Notes under the pieces: generated by a model
Database searches by the model: none
What the model saw: the letters and a program-made list of their open reading frames with translations, nothing else
Told to the model about the DNA's origin: nothing
Made by a program: the position numbers and the translations under genes
Shown here: positions 1-20,599 of the stretch, in pieces
Position numbering within the stretch: the first letter of the stretch is position 1
Layout of the letters: each line of letters opens with the position of its first letter
NCBI GenBank assembly: GCA_030141605.1
Contig: JAQGDQ010000159.1
Span: 1 to 64,000 of the forward strand
Direction of reading: 5' to 3'
From: Tubiluchus corallicola
Lineage: Eukaryota > Animalia > Priapulida
Length of the DNA stretch: 64,000 bases

Positions 1-666
1 GTCCGAGTAATAATACGTAATTGAACGAAGTACTACCGATTTTTATTACGTATTGCTAGAGCATGATAAATTTTATCGTTTCAAAGTTTTATTTTCAATG
101 ATGTACTACAGTGACACCACTAGTGATGTTATATGTAATGATTACTACATAACGAATGCAAACTAGATCTTTCAACACGTTCAATAAAACATTGCTCTAA
201 TATACCAATTCACTCAATTGTCGGTGATAAGGGCTTCTAGCAAGCACATTACAATAAATACCCAGTCTGCTTCTATTCTTGACAAATTATAAATTGCACC
301 CTCTTCTGTTTTAACGGTTTCTTTCGCTAAGAAAAAATTGTAGTTATCCACATCAATCATGTAATCAATCCTTTTTATGATCTTGAATGATACTCGGAGC
401 GCATTAATAAGTTTGCAAATCCAAGTGTGAATCCTGAATACACTCAGTGTGTCATATTGTGATTATAAACGTATACGTAGCAAATGATACAGGGCTCTGG
501 CATTCAAGGGTGCTATCCAATATTATGTAATTAGGTTGGAACAGCAAAACATTGAATGGCTACATGAGAAAGCTTTTTGTAAACACTGATGAAGTCTAGT
601 CTAGTCTTGTACACTGAAGTCACTATTTTGTTCTAATAGCTCGGGCCTAAAACCAACATATTCATG

Positions 667-845
667 TACTGCATATTATATATATTAATTATTAATATAA
701 ATATAGTAGTATTTGAACTAAATAATTTGTTTTTTTTAAATGTTGTGCTAGCGCCACAAATAACAGTGTGCATGATAAAATTATAACCCTGAATGGTTTT
801 TTTTACAGATCGTGGCTATCCATATCTGAAGAAAATTGGGAACTA
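667..845 (+). repeat. Left arm of an inverted repeat flanking ERp29 promoter/exon 1
   Basis: Matches the reverse complement of 1396-1552 (shared blocks ctaaataatttgttttttt-aaatgttgtgctag(c/t)gccacaaataacagtgtg and acagatc(g/t)tggctatcca(t/c)atctgaa..aaattgggaacta); roughly 85% identical by eye, with small indels. Confidence 0.9.
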
Positions 846-973
846 TCATATAGAAGAGGGTAGCCCCAAGGTAACTAAACATGATAATATTAATATGTAT
901 GATCTTCTCATTCTACTGAAGCGCCCCATGTACTACAGTACAGTCTCACCGCACCACTCACCATTTCCATTCA

Positions 974-981
974 CCAATCAG
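974..981 (+). promoter_or_regulatory. CCAAT box (CCAATCAG) upstream of ERp29
   Basis: NF-Y-type CCAATCAG about 95 bp upstream of the ERp29 ATG; no exact ERSE spacing (CCAAT-N9-CCACG). Confidence 0.45.
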
Positions 982-1070
982 AACACGTTTCACGAAAACT
1001 GTTAGCGTGGCTAGTTACTAGTAGCTCAGAACGGATTCGTCGGTAGCCTTGTAGCATTTTAACTTTTAAC

Positions 1071-4000
1071 ATGAGGAAGGTGGTTTTTATATTTTGTTTA
1101 TTTTTCACGGTTTTATCTTCTGTGTGTGCTTTGCACACAAGAGGAGTAGTTCCACTGGATTCATTCACATTCGATAAGGTAAACTAAACGCATGTCGATT
1201 GCTGTACGTTCCTAAGTAAAACTCAGGAGTAGAAAAGGAGGCTAGCTACCGCTCTTCATATTATAATTTATATGCTAAAATTATAGTATTATTTCAAAAA
1301 AGAACTGTTGTACGCGATTTAGGAGTGTTCGTTTCAAACAACATGAAGTGAAACACTCATGGTTAACTTTATTTTTAGACCGATAGTCACATAGGTAGTT
1401 CCCAATTTCTTTCAGATGTGGATAGCCAAGATCTGTAAAAAACTCTGTAATAGTTTTATCATACACACTGTTATTTGTGGCACTAGCACAACATTTAAAA
1501 AAACAAATTATTTAGTGTACTATATTTATGTGAATGTATATAATATGCAGTATATTAATGTGTTAATACTGTTATTATTTTACAACATGACTTGGAGGAA
1601 ATTTTAGACTGGTGCAGTAAATGGTTGATGACATTTAAACCCAGTAAATGTGCTTTACTTAGAATACGGCCTAAATCTTTTACACCTTACTTTCTAAATA
1701 ATGCTCAAGTAGCTGAAAAAAGTTGTATAGGAGACTTGGGAGTAATGATTTCTAATGACCTCAAATGGAATTTTTATGTGAATTATATCATTGTTAAAGC
1801 AAACCGTCGTATTGGCTTGATTAAGTGGTGTGTGATATTGAGAAATGCAGTAGTAATTATTCCTCTCTATAAAGCTGTTATTCGACCCATTCTGAATTAC
1901 GCGTCTGTTGTATGGTCACCCCAGTATGCTACTCTCAAGAATGGTCTCAAAAGAACTCAGGATAGATGTAGTCGTCTTGCTATTGATTTAGGTCCTCTTC
2001 AATTTCTACTCTTGGGCAAGGGTGTGAGACTGCAGACCTTGTGAACTGCTTCAAAATAATTAGTGGAAATACTGTTCTGACTGAGGCAGACTTTTTTCCA
2101 GGCCTTACAGAGTTCTTCGTGGTCATGAATCTTAGTTATTTGTACAACCAGCTAGAACCAACATCAGATCACACTTCTTTGGGCATCGTGTAGTTCAACC
2201 ATGGAATTGTCTTTCATCGTCAACCATCAGTGCTTCATCAGTTGACAGTTTGAAAAGGCATATAAGAGAGGACCGTTTATAGATAGTTACCATCTAGGCC
2301 CTTATTTCTGTGGATAAGGTATTCTTGGATAAGGTATAGGTATGACAGAATGCTCGCTTCATTTCACTACTTATGTAATGCAAAAGTTATTGTGCCACTA
2401 CAGAAAGCTGTGGTTAGATGAATACTTGAATATGCGTGTGGTAAAGATTTATGACTTTAAAAAGCACTGCCGGAAAAACTTAATCAAGATGCATTTATCT
2501 AGCAGCTGATGTTCAACAAGACTTTTTACGTACATTTTCTTGAACAATGTTGTGACATTATTAATGTTATTAACTGTCATAAGATCATCAGTGGTAATTT
2601 TTGTCATAGTGGCAAGTTCTATCCGAGAGCCCACTTCTCTGCTTGTGTTATGAGCCTTTGGAATTCACTTAATAGTGAAACCTTTATAATGTAATGCAAT
2701 GTATCATAATGCAATGTAATGTTAATGTAATGTTATACATTGCAACACACAAACAGTACAGTGAGCTGCCATGCAAGTGAAGCAGTAACATTAATTACAT
2801 TACATTGCATTACAACACAATTAGTAAAAAAAACTCATAAACTTCCAATGCTTACATTTAGAGGGAGATTTTAGATCTTGAGCTAAAGTGTGCCTCATCT
2901 TCCATTCCTGCATGGTAGTGCTCTTCTGCCAATTCCTTTAAGTTTTGGATTTTCAGGTCTACCTGTAAAGTCTATAGGTAAAGTAGCAATTCATTGGTAC
3001 TAGTGTAGTGTACCGTTGGATAGAAGCTGAATAGCCATTAGACTTTGGTAGTTGTGTTTATTGGTGGCACTGTGGGGTCTCTAATGCCGTGTAACAGTGT
3101 ATTATTATGGTACTGGTACTCCATCAATAGCTTGAGAAAATACTTCACTACTTCTATTTTTAGGTTCACTGTGTGTAGGTGTAGGTCACAAATGCCTTTT
3201 GACCTTGACTCTTTAATTAAAGTCAACAAAGAATGCTAACATGGAATTGTTCAGATTTGGTGGTAAAAAGTCACTGGCTAAACAATGCTTGGTGTTTGCT
3301 GGACTAATTTCTGTGCTGCAGATGTAATTGACATTCAGTGATAATGATGATGAATTGACGTCTACTAGCTTGCTATGATCTACAGTCATATACTGAAATG
3401 TGTTTATAAATTAGTTTTAATGTTAATTGTTCAAAATTTTGAATGATATGGAAATAAGTGAACTCTTTGGAAATAAATTTTACATTCAGAATGTGTTTTT
3501 GCAAAGAATTTTAGGTTTATCATTTATGCAATTAGGGTTTTTTATTCATCACCAAATTGGCAAGTGATACACAGGTTTTTAGTTCACTTTGGCTCCATTG
3601 GACAAATTAGAGCACTGCATTGTGCACCTCTAGTACAATCAAATTTATGACAGATTCGTGTGTCATACTAGTAGATTGCATACTAGTGCTAAATCTTTAG
3701 GTTTGCGAAGCATTTGCTGCATCTGTTCATTTGTGCCCCAGTTAGTGTATGATCAACCAAGAGCACCATTGGTGCCACAAATAAGTTGTCTTGTTCACTT
3801 TATTGGTGTTTATATTTATCACATGTCATACCAGTTCTCTGAAATCCAAATCATTTCAGCACTATATATATGTACTTACTCTTTGATTTTTTATAGGTGA
3901 TGAATAAATTCCCTTTTGTTTTTGCAAGATTTGATGTGATTTATCCTACTGGAGATCAACAGGATGAATTTAAAAAGTTTGCTTTGTCTGTGAATACTAC

Positions 4001-7000
4001 CAAGGAGCTTCTTGTAGCAGAAATTGGTGTAGCTGGTAATAATTATTAGTATATAAATAGTAATGCAGAAATTTGTAACTCGTTTTGGTTTGGCTAATCG
4101 AGTGTGATATGTATCAAAAGCAAAGGTAAAAATGCTACAAAAATTGGGTATATTGTTAGAGCAGTGTTAACCGCCCTTTTTTTCTCCATTTTATCATATA
4201 TCTTATTATCAATGTCTCCATTCATGAACTGCCTTTTTGTAAAAGAATATAATGGTGCATAATGTATATAGCCGTTTGTATGTCGTCTGTTATTGTCATA
4301 AAAGCAAGCAATTGCAAGACATCTGGAGTTAATATAGACCTGAAATTTTTAAAACTTATTCATCCATGTAGGATCTTGGATGAAAACTGTTAAACATGTC
4401 TGACCAATTGTCTGGCTGCTCAAAATTTTCTTTTTAGTGAACGTTTATTCTGTCCTTTCTTTCATTTTCTGTGCTTCATATTTTTGCATTTTTTTATTTA
4501 CTTGTCTATTTATTTTCTACATGAATCATTCTTTTTTGTGTGTTTTCGTTCTTGCTTTTAAACATTTTTCCTCTTATTTAAGTACTATTGTAACACCAGA
4601 TTACCGTAACATTTCAATGCTTTATAACTGGAAGCATTTAGCTAAGGAATACATTTATGGTGGTGTTACATATATAGATTATGGTGAAAAGGAAAACCTG
4701 GATCTCGCTGAAAGATTTGGAGTGAAGCCTGAAGATTTCCCAGTATACGTAATCTTCAAGCAGAGTGACATTGAGAATCCTGTCCGATATTCCGGTCACT
4801 ACAGAGCAGATGAATTGAGAAAATGGACTACGAAAGAAACGGGTAACATCAGTTAAATGCATTATGTAGGTTTTTCGGTATAGTAAAGTCTATAATGGAT
4901 AGTGTGTAGAGGTTTGTATGTATGATTATGTTGTAGAAATTTGCTGCATATGGTGTATCAATTTGAGCCTTTGGTAATCCTACAAGGATTCACTTATGTA
5001 CCGGTACACTTAAGCATTGCTTGGCACACTATACACGAATGATTGCTATTCAATACACAAAGTAAATTTCAGGCTCGTTCAATAATACAAGAACGAAATG
5101 AACAAAATTTTGAAAAACCAATGACAATGCATGAAAACCAAAACCAACAGCGACAAAAACTTATAAGAGTGTATTAAATAGTAGATGATAAATTAAAATT
5201 AGAATATTTTTTGCCGACTCCACTGACTGTAAGACGCTATGACACACAACTAGCAGAAACACTTGGCATTATCCAGCAGTTAAACAGATCACAAGTAGCT
5301 AAGTACAGGATGTAATATTTCAAAAATGAGACTAAAAAAACAGCAACTCATTTTTTTTAATATGTGCTGATGGCATTGTAGGGCCTGTAATGCTGTGTAA
5401 CAGTGAGTTTTTATGACACTGGTACTCCGTCAGTAGCTTAAAAATACTTTATAGTTCTATTGTTTAGTTCTATTATATCTATGTAATTATAAGGGAAAAA
5501 TTGTCAATTTACTGACATCCCCTTTTTATGGCTTTACTTGCTAAGCATCTACCAGGCCATTTGCTCATTAACTCTAAAAAGGCATTAGTAGACCACTGTT
5601 ATATTTTTCTCAAAAAAGAATTATGACAAAGTTGATTCTGATAGTCATTACTCAAACTGCTGCAAATAAATAAAGGGCAGCAGAAAGAGAAAAAAGAGTG
5701 AAAGAGAGAGGGGTGGCATGGAGGGAAAGAATAGAAAGGGAGGGAGGGAGGGGAGAGAGAGAGAGGGAGGGAGAGAGAGAGAGAGAGGGGGGAGGGGATT
5801 TCTGGCAGATCTTTTTAATTCTTTTGGCTTCTGAGTTTTTTTAGCATCATACTGCTACTTATGTATGTGCAGCATACTGAGTGACAAAGAGATACCACCA
5901 CACTGACTAAACCAAATAAAAGTATGGCAGACATCGCTAAAAAACCAAAATTAGCTAAAATACCTGAAAGTGTAATGGTTCCATTCACATGATTAGTTTT
6001 TAAACTGTCAAATTAAAACTGACATGTGTTTAGACAACAAAAACTTTACTCCTTCAAACTCTGGTAATAACTATTCAGCAAAGGGTGTTAGTCAAATTAT
6101 GATGCAAATAAGCAGATGTGTTTTATTGGCTATTAGGCACGATTAAAAAATAAGAAATTGGAAAAGAAAGAGTTAGAAATGCCTGGATGAAAAAACAACT
6201 ATAGCGGAGAATTCAAAGAGTTACTGGCCTGGCTTACAGCCTGATTTTCAAAAATTTGAATGTTGAGCTGTCGAAATGTTGAGACTTTTTGAATCATATA
6301 TGTACGTCACACCTACAATGTTTGACTAGTTATTGCAATAAGTTCATTTTATTGCCGAAGGTCAATCTGTAATATCAGTAACTGATATAACTGATAGATG
6401 AAAAAACTGGTAGATGTCAAATCACTGGTGTGTTACAGTCCTCCCCTATGACTCTACTTACATGTCATTCTGACTGTTTAGTTTGTCTTGTGTTGGCTTG
6501 TGCAATTGTTTTTGTTCAAATTTGCTTCTCCACCCAAGCTGCACTTTCGACCTGTGTAACACGTCACCAACCCTCAACCATGCAGGACATAAATAGACGT
6601 ATTCGCAAAAAGGAATTTTTGCCACATAAATGAGCATACAAATTTCAAAGAAAGTAAATAAATATGTGTAAATAAATAAATAATGTAATATAATAAATAA
6701 AATAATAAAAGCAAAAACTGAAAACAAAGCTTCTTGAACTTGATAGTTTAATATTCGACTGTTCTAATTAATTTTTCTCCTTTCTTTATAAAGGACTTTG
6801 GCTTGGACTTTCGCATACATTGCAAGCTTATGATCGAATGGCATTCGACTTTATGCAAACTAGCGAAGAATTTGAACGTAATTTAATCCTTAAGCAAGCT
6901 GAGGCAGATCAGGAAGATTTATCTGATACTGATAAAAAATCTGCATCATTCTACATAAAATATATGAAGAAGATAATGGAAAAAGGTGCTGATTTCATAG

Positions 7001-7149
7001 ACAATGAGGTAACCAGAGTTGAGAAACTTCGAGACGAAGCAAAAACTAGTTTGAAGAAGAAAGTTCAACTCAATGTGCAGTCAAACATTCTTAACTCATT
7101 TAAACGAGAGCCATTCAAGGAGGAAGTGAAAGAGAAAATTGAACTTTAA
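1071..7149 (+). CDS. ERP29: Endoplasmic reticulum resident protein 29 (ERp29/windbeutel homolog), 255 aa
   Basis: Exons 1071-1178, 3897-4035, 4678-4842, 6794-7149, all GT-AG, phases consistent (768 nt). Signal peptide MRKVVFIFCLFFTVLSSVCA, then LHTRGVVPLDSFTFDK, FARFDVIYPTGDQQDEFKK, LLVAEIGVADYGEKENLDLAERF, helical D-domain (YIKYMKKIMEKGADFIDNEVTRV, NILNSF) and ER-retention-like KIEL*. Confidence 0.95.
1396..1552 (-). repeat. Right arm of the inverted repeat (in ERp29 intron 1)
   Basis: Reverse complement of 667-845; the ORF track shows the pair as FFTDRGYPYLKKIGNY and FFTDLGYPHLKEIGNY on opposite strands. Confidence 0.9.
1586..2280 (+). mobile_element. Degenerate non-LTR retrotransposon (CR1/L2 group) ORF2 C-terminal fragment
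   Basis: WCSKWLMTFKPSKC, DLGVMISNDLKW, LYKAVIRPILNYASVVWSP, then frameshifted RSHFFGHRVVQPWNCL; typical post-RT region of CR1-group LINEs. Confidence 0.85.
2540..2735 (+). mobile_element. CR1-like LINE 3' end with (TGTAA)n-type tail
   Basis: RAHFSACVMSLWNSLNSE resembles the CR1 ORF2 C-terminus and is followed by degenerate TGTAA/TGCAA repeats. Confidence 0.55.
2785..3230 (-). mobile_element. Degenerate LINE 3' fragment; part is repeated at 5368-5490
   Basis: Minus strand reads TGRPENPK...MEDEAHF across a frameshift and ends in a (TGTAA)n tail; 3060-3190 aligns with 5368-5490. Confidence 0.45.
5368..5490 (-). repeat. Dispersed copy of 3060-3190
   Basis: Shared tggca.tgt.ggg.ct.taatgc.gtgtaacagtg...actggtactcc.tca.tagctt..aaaatactt. 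Confidence 0.7.
5735..5797. repeat. Purine-rich (GGGA)n/(GA)n microsatellite
   Basis: Directly visible. Confidence 0.85.
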
Positions 7150-7800
7150 CGGTCCATTTGAATCTTTTTAGTTCATTGATTAATTCCATTGATTCATGAA
7201 AGAAGTTCTACTCACTCAAATGTGTTAGCAAGGTACTACTTAATTGTTGTTTTTTTTTGTTTAGTGAAAACAAATTTGATGTTTCAGATACAAGATGTGT
7301 CTTGTATTATGTCTAAATTTCACATATGTCATATCTGCCATGTTTACAGATAACTTATTTGTTAGCTAGTTTAATTAACTTAGTACTTACTATCAAACAA
7401 CTAAACTATAGTAATGATGGTATAATCAGGGATTTTCTTGCTAATAACTGGTAAAGACTTGATTGAACGTATTCTGCTGTACTCATCTTTTTGGACATGT
7501 TTTTTTAATGTTTAATAATTAACATCATGTTGTTGTAAATGAGGTAATAGAGATGTCTTGTCACTTTGATAAAGGTTTATTATGCTAAAATAAACATATT
7601 TCTAATTGTTAAAAAGCTGGATTGGTGCATTTTCACATTTATACATGTCTACAATCGCTTCAATAAAGCTTGGCGTCTGATTTTACTTTCCCTAGGATCT
7701 ACGATGGCAGTCCTATTAATTATTGTATAACTCAGTATCGCTCGGTAACACTCAGTATCGTGGCTAGGATATCTAGATCATATTGTCAAAGTGTACAAAG

Positions 7801-7812
7801 AGGAAGTGACGA
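7801..7812 (+). promoter_or_regulatory. ETS-CRE-like motif (AGGAAGTGACG) in the presumed promoter of the ZNF143-like gene
   Basis: Motif sits in a CpG-richer patch just after the ERp29 poly(A) signal (AATAAA near 7589); a candidate non-coding first-exon donor gag|gtaacg lies at 8298/8299. Confidence 0.35.
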
Positions 7813-9817
7813 ACCTTATTGTTACGTATTTCGTTTTTGCGATTAGCGGCTATGCTGGCGGCATCAAACGGCGAATCAGTAAAAAATTTTGAGCGGCGAG
7901 TTGACTGTAATAATAATATTCTTAAGTTCACCAGTAATGTTGGCATACGCTCAATTTTGATAAGCCAAAATCACTTTTGCGTTTTTAATAAAAGAAGTAT
8001 ATCTCAATTAAAAGCAATTATTAGTTAAAAAAACTGAAAACATTTCAGGAAAAGGAAAAATTTGTAGCAATAAATTTGTATTATGTACTTGCAAATGCCT
8101 CTTCAGTTTTCTTGTAAGTAAAATTTTATTGTTTTTCCTGAGGAAAGAGGCTAGCTGACTGCATGATGGGCTGCCTACCATGTAAAAAAGTAATGCATTT
8201 TTTATTGATTAAGACAGAGACAGAAAGAGAGAGATCCTTCTTTTCCTTCTGTTGAAGGTTCTGCCATTTGTTTCTTTGTCGTTTTACTCCAATGCGAGGT
8301 AACGAATTTCGCACATTAAAAATTGCACCCAGTTATGTGCACTGCAATTAATCTATATTACACATGTATTATATTGTACGTTTGTATATAAATAACTCGC
8401 ACATGCACGCACGCACACAACAAGTAATTGCATGATACAGTGCTTCATATATTCAATTCAAATCATGACGTACATTTATTTCCATATTCATGATATAACT
8501 GAGGCAAGCAAATGTATTTAATTTTCACAATGGAAATACGATGGTGAAAGACCAAGAGGGTCAACTAGTCAAGCCATCCTTCAATGGATGTATGTGATTA
8601 TTGGAGTGACACTGTAGCTTTTTCACTCATGAATAGTAGTGAAATTACATTATTATTATTTTACTTAGCAACTTGATCTGTTTAAAATTCTCTAAACAAC
8701 ATTAAATAACTGAAGGATGAAAATGCAATCAAAGAAGTCTAAACATACAGGAAAATGTAATTGAGGTGGAAGTAATGTCGGCTGCTTAGGATGACAGCTC
8801 TGATGTTTCGTTTTGTTATTTTTGTTCACTGATAATAAAAAAGAGGAGTAATGTTATAAATGGATCTCCGTTTGTTCGACGTAATTTTATTACTCACTCC
8901 AACTCATAACAAAGGCCAATGTATGATTATATGCTTTTTAAACATTTTTTAACTTGGAATTAACAAAACATGCAGATGCCTAGATTAAGTTTTGTTCTGG
9001 AAAATTATTTGCTCTTTTGAAAAAATCGATTTTTTTTCCATGAAAGGTATTTCACATGAAAGTCAGGCCTAATATTTCTTCAAGTTATATTTCCTGATAA
9101 GAACATATTAAATAGGAATGTTTTTAAGAAAAAATATTTCTCCAGAAATCGAATACTACATGAGCCAGGTATTTGCAAACTTTCCTTTTGATCAACTTTC
9201 TTAACTTCTTTTGTAAGTAAGCCTATTAATTTTTATGAGATATGATTATAATAGTTTTTATTTTAACTACAAATTATTCTTAATGCCTTATGCTTGCTTT
9301 CAATAATATTGAAAAATATAACAGCTGCTATAAATCGCCAAAGAGAGATGTAGGCCTTGCAGTCTTTGCTTAGTGTATAAAATATTTAACTTGTAACAAA
9401 AGTTACAAAACTGTGTTATAATTAACATTTTATTATAATTACCTGGCTGTATCCTTGCGAAATTTAAAAAGATATTTTTATTTGTGTTTTTGCAACTCAC
9501 TGCTGAGCAATTTATGAGCGCCTGTTAACCGGCCTGGTTTTGATGGTCTCATCAATTCATCTGCTACAGTACCCACAGCTTGCGCTGTTGAGTACCTGAC
9601 AACAGTCCGTACTGAACTACCGCTAGGGCGACACTAACTGCGCGAACTACTGCGCAGTAGTATTTTCCCTACTTTATGTGGTTTATATTCTTTGATTTTG
9701 TTACACAGGAGATGAATGATTATAAGTTTCCCATATTGCCAGAGAGTCAGCACCAGCAAATTGCCATAGCAGTGTCTAGTTTTTTGCTGGGTTACTGCTG
9801 CGTTTACCTGTCTGAAG

Positions 9818-9897
9818 GCAGATTTCTTTTATTTTAGAATTCTGCCTGCCCAATGTCTACAATAGACATGACGGGCGTATGATGATGATGATGATGA
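9818..9897 (+). mobile_element. Retroposon (LINE/SINE) 3' terminus with hairpin and (TGA)n tail, copy 1
   Basis: tttcttttattttagaattctgcctgcccaATGTCTAcaaTAGACATgacgggcgta(tga)n; a closely related copy lies at 49138-49213. Confidence 0.7.
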
Positions 9898-11097
9898 AAT
9901 TCGTTTATAAGGTTTAAAAGTCTGTCACATTCAGTTCATATAACTTTGCGGAGACTACGCGTTCATGTGTACTTATGAAATATTATGATATATTTTCTTT
10001 TAGTAACTGTTGAAATAGTGAGCTAATAAAATGCTCATAATTGTGATCTCATACTAAGCTCGTAATCTAATCAAGTGTATGACTTCATAGAAGCATCATA
10101 CTTTCTATATTCATAGTAAACCTGGCATTTTAAGCCTTTTGCATACGCACACATAAATTTTGAGTTCTCACGCATTCTGCAACTTTACACATAAGTTTGC
10201 AATTCACTTGGCATCATTTGCCATGAGTACCAACCACAACACAATTAGTAGTACTATCAATGATACATTAGCGTTCATGAGTCTTACAATGTTATACTGA
10301 AAGGTGTTACAGTTATTAAAAATTAAGCACTTTTAAATGCTTCGAAAATTAGCCACTATTGCTCATAGAAATGATGTCTTGCCGAGCTCATCACTATGAT
10401 ATCTTCAGGAGGATAATCATCATGACGTCAATATGATCTTGGATTGTTGAACTCAGCAGCGTAAAGTCTCTGTGAGTTCATGACTTGAGCTCAGCATGAT
10501 ATCATGGCCGTTTCTCTCAGCACTTTGGCAAGAGAGCTTTCTTCTCCTGGCAACTTATACATTAGCACAGAGAAGTTCAGTTTTCCAAGTCCTCTAGCAT
10601 TTAAATGCGGACTTACTCCATAACATTTTAATTTGTGGAAAAGAATAATGGTCAGTAGCATGTGTAATGTGGTGTATTACGATATGAAAGCTTTGCTTTT
10701 GAACTCTGAACAGATCAAGGATTACATTGCTCAAGTATTTATTTATTCATTTATTTTAGATTACAAAATAGGTTTTGTCAAAAAATTCTGCAGCATCAAG
10801 TTGAGTTAAATGTTGTTTCTGAAACTAAACTGAAATGTTCACATCACATATAGGTATTATTTTAGTAATGTGCATGTATTTACGAGTATTTATATTACTC
10901 TACATGTACTTTACCCATATGTTTGCTATCATTACCTTTTACAATGTATTGGAAATGAATAAATTTGAATTTGGACGTAAAATAGTTAGAAGTTTTTTGA
11001 GTTTGAACTTGTGGAAAAAGATGTTCATTCTTTCACTAAATTTGTTATTTTATTAATTGTATTTGCAGGAATAAATCATTTAAATATATTCTGAAGA

Positions 11098-19328
<8,231 letters not shown>

Positions 19329-20599
19329 GAGTCTGTGTACTGCAGTAAGAGTATAGCTATGGTGAGATATTAAACTACATGTATATACCAGCTTTATTAT
19401 ATACCAGTTACCATCTTATTATATCCAGTTACTAGATAGTCAGCTCAATGAATTTTTACTTAGAAATTGAAATTTTGCAGTGTCTATTCTTGGAAAACTA
19501 TGTAAACTTTTTTCAAGCTCGTTTGAAGTCCTTGTAACCAGCAGCATTTTTTCTCACTTGTATCAGTAAATACAAATCATGAAATTATCTATTGTCTATT
19601 TTATTCGACTTATAATTTTTAAACTAAAAATAAATGCAGCAACTATTTTGTTGATATCTAGTTTTGGCAACATGCCAGTATGGTAAATTCACAAGATAAA
19701 AAAGGTATCCTGTTCTACAAGTGAAAGCTTGGGTGACAGGGGCTTTTAAAGGTTTATCAAAAATATTTTATATAATAAGTTGCTATTGCATTGCTGCTTT
19801 CAATGTGCTGGTAAATTCTGGCAAATTATGAATCTCCCTAAAAAGTCACTATTGTTGGAATTAAAGGTCATTCACATTATTGTTGTTTTTAAATAGTCTT
19901 AATAATATCATGTTGGTTAATTTTAATGTTTAAAAAGTGTCTGCATCTACATAGTTTTGTTTGTGTGCACAATTATTTGTTTAGCAAATTAAAATGTAAT
20001 GGCCTTCAGTATAGGATGTAGTCAGTGAACATTCTGGTCTACATTGCTTTATAAACTGATTTAGAAATTTTCATATTTTTATAACCATTGTGCAGTCATT
20101 ATTTTTATTTATTTGTACTGCTGTTTCTTTACTTATTTACTGTGCCTATAATGTAATGATGCAGTTCTTATGTTAGTTGAACAATATTTTTATATATGTG
20201 TGGATTGTGGAACTTGCTGTTCTCCTCATGGTAGAAATTGTCTGTATTGCTGTTTTTACAGCGAAAATTACATTTACAGGCATTCGTTTGCGTACTTTTT
20301 GCGCAATCTCTGTCTAGTCATTGACGCTAGTGCTAGAACGTATTTTTGTCCCTTAAATGTCATAATAAGATGTACATCTTATCGAGTATTGCTAGTTTTT
20401 GAAAGGATACCCTTCAAAACAGGATTTTATATCAATACAAGTTTTCAGATAATTTCATACTTGTGTTCTTGAATGTTTTGTTTTCATGTTGAATTTATTA
20501 GAGGAAGCAAATAATAATTTAAAGGACAATTGTACATTTGGAAATTTCTTATGGTACTTTGTTGGTTTTCTTCCTTGATTGTAACTATCATTAGTCACA

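Noticed and set aside
974-994. ER stress element (ERSE) in the ERp29 promoter
   Set aside because: CCAAT is followed by ACACG and TCACG at the wrong spacing; neither CCAAT-N9-CCACG nor ATTGG-N-CCACG is present.
3332-3400. Intronic C/D-box snoRNA candidate (ATGATGA ... CTGA)
   Set aside because: Short, no terminal stem outside the boxes and no recognisable rRNA guide; such motifs are frequent in AT-rich DNA.
9900-10240. Possible relics of upstream zinc-finger exons (GDYAFMCTYE, TWHHL)
   Set aside because: Similarity is limited to a few residues, interrupted by stops and lacks supporting splice sites.
11092-11094. In-frame TGA read as selenocysteine
   Set aside because: It is not at a finger Cys position in that frame, surrounding indels explain it, and no SECIS was recognised.
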